Below, in pieces: positions 17,131 through 26,313 of a stretch of DNA of 53,669 bases. A program made the translations under genes and the position numbers. Source of the DNA: an uncultured Solibacteraceae bacterium (GTDB taxonomy: Bacteria; Acidobacteriota; Terriglobia; 20CM-2-55-15); contig CAZOZZ010000004.1 in NCBI GenBank assembly GCA_964584435.1, positions 1 to 53,669 of the forward strand, written 5' to 3'. Position 1 is the stretch's first letter, and each line of letters starts with the position of its first letter. The notes beneath the pieces are model-generated. The model ran no database searches. It was not told the DNA's origin and saw only the letters and a list, made by a program, of their open reading frames with translations.

Positions 17131-20121
17131 TCAGAAGAGAAGCTTCAGGCCAAGCTGTGCTTGAAAGGGAGTCAATACCGCACGTGCTTTTCGGAAAGTT
17201 GATGACTGCTCGTTTCCGTTGAAATTCGACAGGTTTGCTGTGTTCAAAATGTTGAACATTTCCCACAGGATTTCGACTTTCCGGGTGTCGTCGAAGGAGA
17301 ACTTCTTCGATAGGCGCAGGTCCATCTGGAAGTACCTGTCTCCTCTCAAGGCGTTGTACCGAACTCCTGCCGGGCGGTCGTTCCTGATGAAATCGAGGTT
17401 GTCATCCCTGCCGGTCGTGTGGTCGTACGGCGGTGCACTGTTGGCCGTGACGATCGACGACACATTGAATTCGTAAGGGAGTGTGTAGATGACGTTAGCG
17501 GTGAACCGGTGCCGCACGTCGTTTTCCAGGGGGCCCAAATCCAGACTGTTGAACTTGTCGGCTGCGTCAACTGGCTGGGCGGGCCCGAAGTTCGCGCCGG
17601 AGAACTGCTTCGCGTCACCGATGGTGTAACCTGCAAGGAAACCCAGTCTGTGGGCGAACCTCCGCTCCAATCGCAGCGACAGGGTATTGATGTGGATTCG
17701 ATTCCCATGGTCCAGGGACAGGCGCATACGCAAGCATTCGGAAACTCCTGCCAATTTGAGCTTCTCGCCCAACGGGCACACACGCGTTCCTCCTGTCTGG
17801 CTCAACGGAAGCGGCGCGTTCACATTACGATTCATGCCAAACTTCAAGCCCAGCATGTGCGTAAAATCCGCGGAAAACGCGATGTCCGGTGTGATCGCGT
17901 ACTGAAAACCACCGCTACTCTGCTGCATGTAGGGGGTGTTCCCGGTCGGGCTGGGAACCGACGGGCGCCCGCTGGCGAGGGCGGGAAGCTGGGCGGCGTT
18001 CGGTATGAGCGGGAAGAAATCCGGGTTCGAAACCTGGACGCTCTGGGTGATCAGACCGTTGTAACCGAAAACGGTTCCCCTCAGCGTGATCGTGTTGATC
18101 CGGTCGTGGAAGATCCCGTAGCTTGCGCGAACGACGGCCTTGCCCGTTCCAAGCACGTCCCAGGAAAACCCGAAACGCGGCGACAGGTCCAGCGTGTCGT
18201 TGGGCGCCGGGCGCCAGTTCTGAACACCAAGGCCGCCGGCCTGGCCCACCGCCACGGCAAGCCAGACGTCCTCGGGATGATCGCGGGAGAAACCGGGTTG
18301 TTCGAAGGGGTCGGGACCTCCGATGTCGCCCGCGAACCGGCGGAGGTCGTAACGCAAGCCCACATTGAGCGTGAAGTTCGACCTGACGCGCCAGGTGTCG
18401 TTCAAGAAGAAGGCGTACATATCAACATCGCGACTCATGCTGGCGATCGTCGGGTCCGGGGTTTCTCCCCGGGCAAAGCGCAAGTTGAAACTGGCCGTGT
18501 AGCGCGCCGGTTTTCCAAACTCCGCACAGGTGATTTCTTCGCACGTGAACAGGTAAGACCCGTTGAACCTGTTGTTCGAATCGACCAGCGCCCGAACGTC
18601 ATTCATCTCGGCGCCCCACTTGAAACTGTGGTTGCCGAACTGATGACTCATCGTATTGGCGAAGATCCAGTTCTTCTGAATTCGACCCTGAGGCACGCTG
18701 TCCGAGGTCCCGATCTCCACCGAAGGAAACACAAGCGTGGGAAGGAATTTCGTCGAACCTCCGGGCGCGCTTCGAAAAAGTCGTTGGATAGAGCGGTTGA
18801 GACGAAACTCGTTGACGATGCCCGTTCCAATCAATGACGTCAGGTTTGCCGACGCAAAATAAGAACTGCTGAGATCGTCGAAGCCCCCGTCGGCCGCAAT
18901 CGACGAGTTCACATCCTTGCTGAATTCGTCGTTGTCGTCGTAGAGATACGTCAGGTTCAGCGTGTTGGACGGGTTGAGGTTGAAGCTGAACTTCCCGACG
19001 GTGTTGATCTCTTCTCTGTTCTGAGGAACTACGCGGCTGGTGTCATATCCCAGGTTGAGCGCGTTGACGAACGGTTCCACATCTTCCGGGATTGCAACTT
19101 CGGTACTCGTGTCCTGAACCTGCCGCTCGAACGACCCAAAGAAGAATGCACGGTCGCGAACGATCGGCCCGCCAATCGTCCCGCCGAACTGCTGTTTCCT
19201 TCGCTCGGGTGGCTGTGAGATCGGGCTTGCCACGCCGTTGCGGACCGCAAAGGGTGGCTTGTCGAACGAATCGTCTCGCAGGAAATAGAAACCGCTCCCT
19301 TGGGGATCGTTCCCACCCGACTTGATCACGACGTTGACGGCCCCGGAAGCCGTTCGGCCAAACTCGGCCGAGTAGCCCGCCGACATCACCTGGAATTCCT
19401 GAATCGCTTCCTGGCCCAGGCGCGTTCGTGTGGAGGGGGAAATGTTCGTCCCGCCCGTCGTCACCTCGTCGTTGAAATCGACGCCTTCCAGCCAGATACT
19501 TTTGTATTGCTCTCCCATGCCGAAGAAGCTGACCGAATCGGTTGTGTCCCTTCGAACAGACGACTGATCCAGCGTGACGCCCGGCGCCAGCAGCATCAGA
19601 TCCATGAAGTTGCGGTTGCGGAGGGGCAGTTCCTCGACGCGCTGGTTGTCGATGACGGTCCGGATCGTGGTCTCGGTCGTCTGCACCAGTGGCGCAATCT
19701 CAGTCACGGTGATCGATTCGTTGACCTGCCCGACCTCCAGCTGAAAGTCAACCTTCACTTCGCCCGCCACGGGAAGGACGACTCCGGGTCGTGTCACAGT
19801 TCGGAACCCGCTGAGCTCCACCGTCACGGTGTATCGGTCCGGTGCGAGTCCGCTGAGGCGGAAAGAGCCTGTTTGATTCGTGACGGTTTCGCGAGAGGCA
19901 CCTGTTCGTTCGTTCAAGGCACGGACCGTCGCACGCGGAAGGGCTGCGCCGGACGAGTCGGAAGCGTCGCCGAGAATCGAGCCTGTAGTCGATTGAGCCA
20001 GGGCAACGGGAAGTAGTGTCAGGACGACGATCGCTGTTAGGAAAACGCCGCTAAGACGATGTATTGGAATCCTGAGGAGCACAGCAGGTTGAATTATAGA
20101 ATGTGCGGTCACAGACCGCAC
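17131..20121 (-). CDS. TonB-dependent receptor with N-terminal carboxypeptidase-regulatory-like domain
   Basis: 996 aa. The signal ends ALAQ. It has a CarboxypepD_reg-like beta-sandwich (RLSGLAPDRYTVTVELSGF), a plug region (QRVEELPLRNRNFMDLMLLAPGV) and a C-terminal ...GLKLLF. The annotated start is GTG and the exact start is uncertain. Confidence 0.85.
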   Translation of the reverse strand: MRSVTAHSIIQPAVLLRIPIHRLSGVFLTAIVVLTLLPVALAQSTTGSILGDASDSSGAALPRATVRALNERTGASRETVTNQTGSFRLSGLAPDRYTVTVELSGFRTVTRPGVVLPVAGEVKVDFQLEVGQVNESITVTEIAPLVQTTETTIRTVIDNQRVEELPLRNRNFMDLMLLAPGVTLDQSSVRRDTTDSVSFFGMGEQYKSIWLEGVDFNDEVTTGGTNISPSTRTRLGQEAIQEFQVMSAGYSAEFGRTASGAVNVVIKSGGNDPQGSGFYFLRDDSFDKPPFAVRNGVASPISQPPERRKQQFGGTIGGPIVRDRAFFFGSFERQVQDTSTEVAIPEDVEPFVNALNLGYDTSRVVPQNREEINTVGKFSFNLNPSNTLNLTYLYDDNDEFSKDVNSSIAADGGFDDLSSSYFASANLTSLIGTGIVNEFRLNRSIQRLFRSAPGGSTKFLPTLVFPSVEIGTSDSVPQGRIQKNWIFANTMSHQFGNHSFKWGAEMNDVRALVDSNNRFNGSYLFTCEEITCAEFGKPARYTASFNLRFARGETPDPTIASMSRDVDMYAFFLNDTWRVRSNFTLNVGLRYDLRRFAGDIGGPDPFEQPGFSRDHPEDVWLAVAVGQAGGLGVQNWRPAPNDTLDLSPRFGFSWDVLGTGKAVVRASYGIFHDRINTITLRGTVFGYNGLITQSVQVSNPDFFPLIPNAAQLPALASGRPSVPSPTGNTPYMQQSSGGFQYAITPDIAFSADFTHMLGLKFGMNRNVNAPLPLSQTGGTRVCPLGEKLKLAGVSECLRMRLSLDHGNRIHINTLSLRLERRFAHRLGFLAGYTIGDAKQFSGANFGPAQPVDAADKFNSLDLGPLENDVRHRFTANVIYTLPYEFNVSSIVTANSAPPYDHTTGRDDNLDFIRNDRPAGVRYNALRGDRYFQMDLRLSKKFSFDDTRKVEILWEMFNILNTANLSNFNGNEQSSTFRKARAVLTPFQAQLGLKLLF

Positions 20122-20149
20122 CTACAGTTTTGGTGGTGGCGGTCCTGTC

Positions 20150-20198
20150 AAAAAGAAAAGGAGCATTCCAGCCCCAACGAACAGGACTGGAATGCTCC
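20150..20198 (-). terminator. Intrinsic terminator of the upstream TonB receptor gene
   Basis: A perfect 12-bp stem, GGAGCATTCCAG (20160-20171) / CTGGAATGCTCC (20187-20198). On the minus strand it is followed by TTTTCTTTTT. Confidence 0.7.
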
Positions 20199-20199
20199 G

Positions 20200-20234
20200 G
20201 CTAAAAGCTAATCGCTAACTGCTAACAGCTAGAT
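20200..20234. repeat. Period-7 tandem repeat (GCTAAnn, 5 copies)
   Basis: GCTAAAA GCTAATC GCTAACT GCTAACA GCTAGAT lies directly between the TBDR stop codon (20237) and its terminator hairpin. Confidence 0.6.
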
Positions 20235-20236
20235 CA

Positions 20237-23224
20237 CTAGAACGTAAACCGCAGTCCGAACTGCCCCTGGAACTGAGGCAGAGCGCCGCGGGCCTTGTGG
20301 AACGTCGACGAACGCGCGTTCCCGTTGTAGTTCACCAGGTTCGCACGGTTCGTCACGTTGAACATTTCCCACAGAACTTCCGCGGTCATATCTTCGTTGA
20401 TGACGAATTTCTTCGCCAACCGCAGGTCCATCTGGAAGAACTTATCGCCACGCAGCACCCAGGATCCGACGCCGGCCGGACGATCGTTCCGACTGAAGTC
20501 GAAGTTGTCGTCGGACCCGGTCGTGTGATCGAACGGCGGCGCGGTGTTGGCCGTCACGATCGACGACACCTGAACGTCATAGGGCAGCCCGTAGATCAAG
20601 TTGCCCGTGAACCGGTGCCTTACGTCGTTGTCGGTCGGACCGAAGTTGGCTTCACCGAACTTCTCGTGGGTCGAGGTGCGGTCGAAGTTCTTCGCCGAAC
20701 CCAGCGTGTAGCCGGCCAGGAAGCCCAAGTTGTTCGCATACCGACGCTCCAACCGGAAGCCCAGAGTGTTGATGTGCATCCGGTTTGAGAAATCCAGAAT
20801 CTGGATCCGCAAGCAGCCGCCGCTGGAAGAGCGCAGCGACGAAGCCGTAATAGCCCGGCCCGCGGCCGTCAGGATCTGAGACGCCAACGGACAGACGCGA
20901 CTCGAAGAAGATGTGGCGCCCGGAAGCGGCGAGTTCGGTTCGAACGTCGCCGTATCATAGAACAGGCCCAGGATGTGCATGAAGTCCACCGAGAATGCCA
21001 TGTCCGGCGTGATCGCATACTGGAACCCTGCGTTCGACTGCTGGGTGTAGGGCGTGTTCATCGTCGGCGTCGGAGCGTCCGGCGTCCCACCGAGTCGGAC
21101 ACCCGTTTGTGCCGGCAGCAGGCTCGTCGAGATGAGTTTCGGGAAGTTACCCTGGATGATCGAGTTCTCTGACGCTTCATCGTCGTTCAGCTGTGTCCCC
21201 GAAGTTAACAGACCGTTGTAGCTGAACACGCGGCTTCGCAGCGTGCTGGAGTTGATCCGGTCGTGGAAGAGGCCGTAGCTGGCACGCACGACCGCTCTAC
21301 CGTTCCCGGAAACATCCCAGGAAAAGCCGAACCGCGGCGACAGGTCGAGGTCATCCTCGACACCCGGCCGCCAGTCCCGCTGCGTGCCCAGGGCGCCGCC
21401 ACCGACCGCAACGGCAACCCAAACGTCCTCGGGTCGATCCCTGGAAAACCCGGGCTGCTCGAACGCGTCGACTCCACCAATCGACGAAACGCCGGGAACA
21501 CCCAGGTACGTCCGCTTGTCGTAACGCAGACCCATGTTGAGCGTGAAGGTCGGCGTCACCCGCCACGTGTCGTTAATAAACGCAGCATAGGATGCCACGT
21601 CGCGCCGGATGCTGATGAACGTGGGGTCCGCAGCCTCTCCACGCTGGAACGGCAGGTTGAAGTTCGCCGTGTAGCGATCCGGAACCGTTGAGGTATCCGA
21701 CGGGAACCGATAGATGCCCTGGAAAGTCACGTTTGCGTCGGCGGTCGCAACCACGCGGTTGGACTCCCCGCCCCACTTCAATGAGTGGTTACCGAACTCC
21801 CAGCTCATCGTGTCCGAGACGATCCAGTTCTTCTGGACGCGGCCCTGTGGCACGTTGCCGGCAGTTCCGAGGTCGACCGATGGGAAGTCCAGTTCCGGAA
21901 TGAATCCTCCCGCCGCACTGGCCTGAAGGCTCCGGAACAGGCGCTGAATCGAACGGTTCAACCGGAATTCGTTCACAACACTGGTTCCAAACAGCGATGT
22001 CACGTTTGCCGTCGCGTTGTAGGAACTCCGCACGTCGTCGAACCCGTTGTCGGCACCATTAGATCCACCGGCCTGCTTGTTGGCAAATTCCCGGTCGTCG
22101 TAGAGATACATCAGGCTCAGCGTGTGCTCGGGCGCCAGATTGAAGGTGAATTTCCCCAGTGCGTTCTTCTCGTCCGCAGTCAACGGAAGCGCACTCGAGG
22201 TGTCATAACCCGCGTTCAGCGAGTCGACGAACGTTTTCACGGAAGCCGGAATCGAGATTTGCACACTGTTCTCATCCGTCCGTCGTTCGATCGACGTAAA
22301 GAAAAAGGCCTTGTCCCGTACGATGGGACCGCCAACCGTCACACCGTATTGCTGGGTCTTGAATGGCGGAACGGTTGAAGCCGGTCTGGCCTTGCCTCCG
22401 CTGACCGCAAAGGGCGGTTTGTCGAACGAATCGTCGCGCAGGAAGTAGAAGCCGCTACCGTGCACATCGTTTCCACCCGACTTCACAACGACGTTGATGG
22501 CGCCCGAGCCGGTCCGGCCAAACTCGGCCGAATAACCGCTCGACATCACCTGGAACTCCTGGATTGCTTCCTGGCCGAGACGCGTCCGGGTCGCCTCGGA
22601 GATTCCGGAACCACCCATGGTGACCTCGTCGTTGAAGTCCACGCCTTCCAGCCAGACCGTCTTGTTCCGCTCGTCCATGCCGTAGAAGGCGACAGAATCG
22701 CTGTTTCCGCCGCGGGCCGAGCTCTGGTCAATCGTCACGCCCGGAGACAGCAGCATCAGATCCATGAAGTCGCGACTCTTGGTCGGCAGTTCCTGGACTC
22801 TCTGGTTGTCGACGACGGCCTGAATCGTGTTCTCTGTCGTCTGAACCAAAGCCGCCGTTTCGGTCACCGTAATCGACTCAGTGATCTGTCCGACTTCCAG
22901 CTGGAAGTCGACCTTGGTCGTACCGCCAACCGGAAGGTTGACTGCCGGGCGGGTCACGCTTCTGAAACCTGGAAACTCGACCGTCACCGTATAGTTGGCG
23001 GGTGCGAGACCGGAGAACCGGAATGCACCGACTTCGTTGGTCAATGCTTCACGCGTCGCACCGGTGGCGTTGTTCGTAATCCGGACACTCGCGCCCGGCA
23101 GGACTGCACCGGACAGGTCGGCCACGTCGCCGAGGACCGAACCGGTCGTCGACTGCGCCATTACAGTGGGCGCCAGCGCCAGTACCATGACCAGCGCCAA
23201 GACAGTAAATCGTAAACGATGCAT
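20237..23224 (-). CDS. TonB-dependent receptor with N-terminal carboxypeptidase-regulatory-like domain (paralogue of 17131..20121)
   Basis: ATG at 23224 after GGAGG gives MHRLRFTVLALVMVLALAPTVMAQ. The protein is colinear with the neighbouring receptor (KVDFQLEVGQ.ESITVTE, LGQEAIQEFQVMS.GYSAEFGRT) and ends ...GLRFTF. Confidence 0.85.
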   Translation of the reverse strand: MHRLRFTVLALVMVLALAPTVMAQSTTGSVLGDVADLSGAVLPGASVRITNNATGATREALTNEVGAFRFSGLAPANYTVTVEFPGFRSVTRPAVNLPVGGTTKVDFQLEVGQITESITVTETAALVQTTENTIQAVVDNQRVQELPTKSRDFMDLMLLSPGVTIDQSSARGGNSDSVAFYGMDERNKTVWLEGVDFNDEVTMGGSGISEATRTRLGQEAIQEFQVMSSGYSAEFGRTGSGAINVVVKSGGNDVHGSGFYFLRDDSFDKPPFAVSGGKARPASTVPPFKTQQYGVTVGGPIVRDKAFFFTSIERRTDENSVQISIPASVKTFVDSLNAGYDTSSALPLTADEKNALGKFTFNLAPEHTLSLMYLYDDREFANKQAGGSNGADNGFDDVRSSYNATANVTSLFGTSVVNEFRLNRSIQRLFRSLQASAAGGFIPELDFPSVDLGTAGNVPQGRVQKNWIVSDTMSWEFGNHSLKWGGESNRVVATADANVTFQGIYRFPSDTSTVPDRYTANFNLPFQRGEAADPTFISIRRDVASYAAFINDTWRVTPTFTLNMGLRYDKRTYLGVPGVSSIGGVDAFEQPGFSRDRPEDVWVAVAVGGGALGTQRDWRPGVEDDLDLSPRFGFSWDVSGNGRAVVRASYGLFHDRINSSTLRSRVFSYNGLLTSGTQLNDDEASENSIIQGNFPKLISTSLLPAQTGVRLGGTPDAPTPTMNTPYTQQSNAGFQYAITPDMAFSVDFMHILGLFYDTATFEPNSPLPGATSSSSRVCPLASQILTAAGRAITASSLRSSSGGCLRIQILDFSNRMHINTLGFRLERRYANNLGFLAGYTLGSAKNFDRTSTHEKFGEANFGPTDNDVRHRFTGNLIYGLPYDVQVSSIVTANTAPPFDHTTGSDDNFDFSRNDRPAGVGSWVLRGDKFFQMDLRLAKKFVINEDMTAEVLWEMFNVTNRANLVNYNGNARSSTFHKARGALPQFQGQFGLRFTF

Positions 23225-23763
23225 GTAACCTCCACTATCAGTCCGGAGTGCGTTAGCGGACTGCAGTTTCCTGTTCAAGTTTACGTAAGTCAATAATCCT
23301 TGTGGGGGAAAGAGTGAGGGCGGGTAAGTTCCAACGCGATCATCTGCCAATCGTGGATCCCCCTATCGTTTCTCGTCAGTAACCACAGGACTCACATTCA
23401 GGAACATCAGGAAGCCGGAAACAAGACAGCTTGCTGATTCGTGTGGCCCAGAAATATACCAATTCTTTATGTCGGTTACAACGAAACCGCATGTCCTTAG
23501 CGGGCGTGACCGGCCCCCAGTTCCTTGCAACGAGGCAATTGGGTCGCCAAACAACGGTCAATTGTCACAGTAACTTACACAAACGACAGGGCAAAACTAC
23601 AGATTTTGGAACCTAAAATACAAGAAATGGGATTCAATGTCGGCATATTTGAGCGAAGGTGGAAAACTCGATTCTGTTCGGTTCCGTGTTCCACAGGGAA
23701 GGAATCCGTCAAGATTGGAGACCTGAATTGAAAAGTACGTACATCTGACAGTTGGGATTCATA

Positions 23764-23854
23764 TCAACGCAAAGACGCTAAAACGCAAAAAGTGCGAAGG
23801 TTCTTCTGAAAGAAGGCTTTGCGGTGTCTTGGGTCTTAGCGCCTTTCGGCTGAA
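23764..23854. repeat. Degenerate copy of the TCAACGCAAAGACGC palindromic element
   Basis: The left arm TCAACGCAAAGACGCTAAAACGCAAAAAGTGCGAAGG is intact. The right arm ...TTAGCGCCTTTCGGCTGAA carries several mismatches. Confidence 0.4.
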
Positions 23855-23870
23855 GATCTTGCAAATAAAC

Positions 23871-23920
23871 CGAGGGGTGGGGAGGACCTAATGGGGTTAG
23901 CCGGCCCTCCCCACCCCTCG
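23871..23920 (-). terminator. Hairpin terminator downstream of the S9 peptidase gene
   Basis: A 15-bp perfect inverted repeat, CGAGGGGTGGGGAGG / CCTCCCCACCCCTCG, with a 20-nt loop. On the minus strand it is followed by GTTTATTTGC. Confidence 0.5.
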
Positions 23921-23954
23921 TCGGAGAAGAATTCTCCGTCCCTGTAACTCCAAT

Positions 23955-25991
23955 CTACCGATTCTGATTGTCGGAACTGGTCCCGGGGCGCATATATTTC
24001 TCGAACCAGTGCCTCAGGTAAAGTTGCGTCCGCATGAAGTTCGATGGCTTAGATGTCGTCCCGTGCCATTCGTCGTTGAACCGGACCATGGCCGCCGGGA
24101 CCTTCAGGAACTTGAGAGCGCTGTAAAACTGCTCGGTCTGCGGCATCGGCGTTCGAAGGTCGTTCACTCCGGTCATCAGCATCGTCGGTGTGCTCACGTT
24201 TCCAACGTAGGTCAACGGTGAGCGGCGAATGTGCTCGCTCGGGTCGTCCCATGGCAGCTTGTCGAAGTTCCGGTACCAGCTGGCGCCATCGGTCGTGCCC
24301 ACGAAGCTGACCCAATCGATGACGGGGCAGTTAGCCGATGCGGCGGCGAACCGATCCGTGTGTCCCACGACCCAGGCCGTCAGGACTCCTCCACCGCTGC
24401 AGCCCGTAACGAACATGTTCTGATCGTCGACGAATCCTTTTTCGAGCATCGTGTCGACGCCCGCCATGAGGTCGTCGTAATCCGTACTGGGATACGCCCG
24501 CATGATCTCGTTACCGAAGCTGCTCCCGTAGCCGGAGCTGCCTCTTGGATTCGTGTAGAGGATGACGTAATCGTTGGCCGCTTGTTCCTGCCATCCAAAG
24601 TTAAAGCCCACGTTGTACATGCCGTGAGGCCCACCGTGGATGTGGAGTTGCATCGGATACTTGCGGTTCGGATCGAAGTCGGGCGGCGTGACGTACCAGC
24701 CTTGAATCTCGAGACCACCCGTCGACGTGTACTTGATCTCGTGAACATCGCCGAGATTCTTTCCCGTCAGGATGTCGTCGTTAACGTGGGTGAGCTGGTG
24801 GATATCCGAAGCACTGTCGACGTCAAAACGGACCACGTCGGCAGGCTTGTGAAAGCTCGTCAGGATGCCCACGGCCGTGCCTGAAGGGTGGATGTCGGTC
24901 GTCGTCAGCAGATGGGTGCCGGATGTTACCGGACGAACCGTTCCCGCGCCGGAACCTTCGAGCGGCAGGAAATGGAGGTTCCTGAGCCCAGAATCGCTGG
25001 CCGTAAAGTAGATGCCTGAACCGGAAGCATTCCACGTGATGTTGGACGGGGACCGGTCCCAATCACCGGATGCCAGATGGGCGTTCGAGCCATCGATATC
25101 GGCGACGTAGATCTTCCGTTCCACGAATGTGTCTTCAGTCCAGTCGTAGCCGACGTAGGCGATCTTTGTGCCGTCAGGTGAAACGACGGGGCCGGAGTCC
25201 GGTCCATGATGGTCGGTCAGTTGACGGATCTGGCCCGTCGCCACATCGACCGCGTAGATATGGCTCTCGCGCCACTGGTACTCGGCGTCATCAGCCCGCA
25301 GCCCGCTGAAGAGGATGCTCACCCCATCAGGCGTCCATTCGACCGACGAATGGTTGTAATCGCCGGAGGTTATCTGACGGGGCGTGCCGCCAGTCGCCGG
25401 TACGACGAAGATGTGCCGGTAACCGGTGTCGGTAAAGCCCTGCCGGTCCCGGCGGTAACTCAACCGCTCGACGATCTTCGGTGTTTCCGTCCACTTCGCT
25501 CCCTCCGGCCGGGACGGGAGGTCGATCGACCACGAGTTGTCTTGTTCGACGAGCATCGTGAAACCGACGCTCTCTCCGTCCGGAGACCACTCGATCGAAC
25601 CCGGCGACTCTTCGACTCGCGTGACCTGAGAAACGGCTCCCTCCGCATCCATCCATCGTACGAAGATCTGTGTTCCATCCGGCTTGCCAGGCGCAGTGTA
25701 GGCAATACGGTCTCCGTTCGGGGACCACCGTGCGTTCGAACCTTCGACGAGGAACCGGTTTCTGGTCCCGTCGGCGTTCATGATCCAGAGGGAAGACTCC
25801 CTGCGGTCGTTGACCTTGTCCACCCACTGCCGGACATAGATGATCTCAGATCCGGCCGGCGACAACTGGGGCCCGGACACTCCTTCGAACTCCAGATAAA
25901 GGTCCATTGTCAGCCTGTCGTCAGCCTGTCCGAACAGCGTCGCCGGCAGTAGCAGGACAACAAGCACCCAGAGAAAAGCGCGAGCACCCAT
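23955..25991 (-). CDS. Secreted S9-family serine peptidase (prolyl oligopeptidase / acylaminoacyl-peptidase type) with N-terminal beta-propeller
   Basis: 678 aa with a signal peptide. It has TolB-like propeller repeats (WSPDG/ VSPDG/ WTPDG) and a C-terminal alpha/beta hydrolase domain with the nucleophile elbow GCSGGG. Confidence 0.9.
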   Translation of the reverse strand: MGARAFLWVLVVLLLPATLFGQADDRLTMDLYLEFEGVSGPQLSPAGSEIIYVRQWVDKVNDRRESSLWIMNADGTRNRFLVEGSNARWSPNGDRIAYTAPGKPDGTQIFVRWMDAEGAVSQVTRVEESPGSIEWSPDGESVGFTMLVEQDNSWSIDLPSRPEGAKWTETPKIVERLSYRRDRQGFTDTGYRHIFVVPATGGTPRQITSGDYNHSSVEWTPDGVSILFSGLRADDAEYQWRESHIYAVDVATGQIRQLTDHHGPDSGPVVSPDGTKIAYVGYDWTEDTFVERKIYVADIDGSNAHLASGDWDRSPSNITWNASGSGIYFTASDSGLRNLHFLPLEGSGAGTVRPVTSGTHLLTTTDIHPSGTAVGILTSFHKPADVVRFDVDSASDIHQLTHVNDDILTGKNLGDVHEIKYTSTGGLEIQGWYVTPPDFDPNRKYPMQLHIHGGPHGMYNVGFNFGWQEQAANDYVILYTNPRGSSGYGSSFGNEIMRAYPSTDYDDLMAGVDTMLEKGFVDDQNMFVTGCSGGGVLTAWVVGHTDRFAAASANCPVIDWVSFVGTTDGASWYRNFDKLPWDDPSEHIRRSPLTYVGNVSTPTMLMTGVNDLRTPMPQTEQFYSALKFLKVPAAMVRFNDEWHGTTSKPSNFMRTQLYLRHWFEKYMRPGTSSDNQNR

Positions 25992-26079
25992 GATGGTCTC
26001 CTCCTATGGAAGTGATTCCTTACCTTTTACTGCCGATGTGGGCTGGAGTCAACGAATAAGGAAGGGGGTGAGTCGGATG

Positions 26080-26178
26080 TTCAACGCAAAGCCGCGAAGC
26101 CGCAAAGAACCGCAAATCCTATTTCCTTGAAGAAAATGTGCCTGTGCGCCCTTTGCGTTTCCGCGTCTTTGCGTTGAA
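26080..26178. repeat. Composite palindromic intergenic element (TCAACGCAAAG... / ...CTTTGCGTTGA)
   Basis: Imperfect arms of about 34 nt are built from CGCAAAG-type iterations around an AT-rich centre. It lies in the divergent region between the S9 peptidase and DUF1028 genes. Confidence 0.65.
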
Positions 26179-26313
26179 GAATTACGTGCGGTTCGACAAC
26201 CAAATCCATTGGTGGAGACGACCCCTCTGTTGACCGCGAGTCCGCGCACGAGTAGGCTTCCAGACCGGTACGTATACTGTGCGACCGCCACTCGAACAAC
26301 CCGGGAGAAACCA

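Noticed and set aside
20200-20234. CRISPR-like interpretation of the tandem arrays at 20200, 34784, 38574 and 42444.
   Set aside because: The periods are only 7-9 nt, there are no unique spacers, and no cas genes lie in the window. These are microsatellite-like arrays, not CRISPR.
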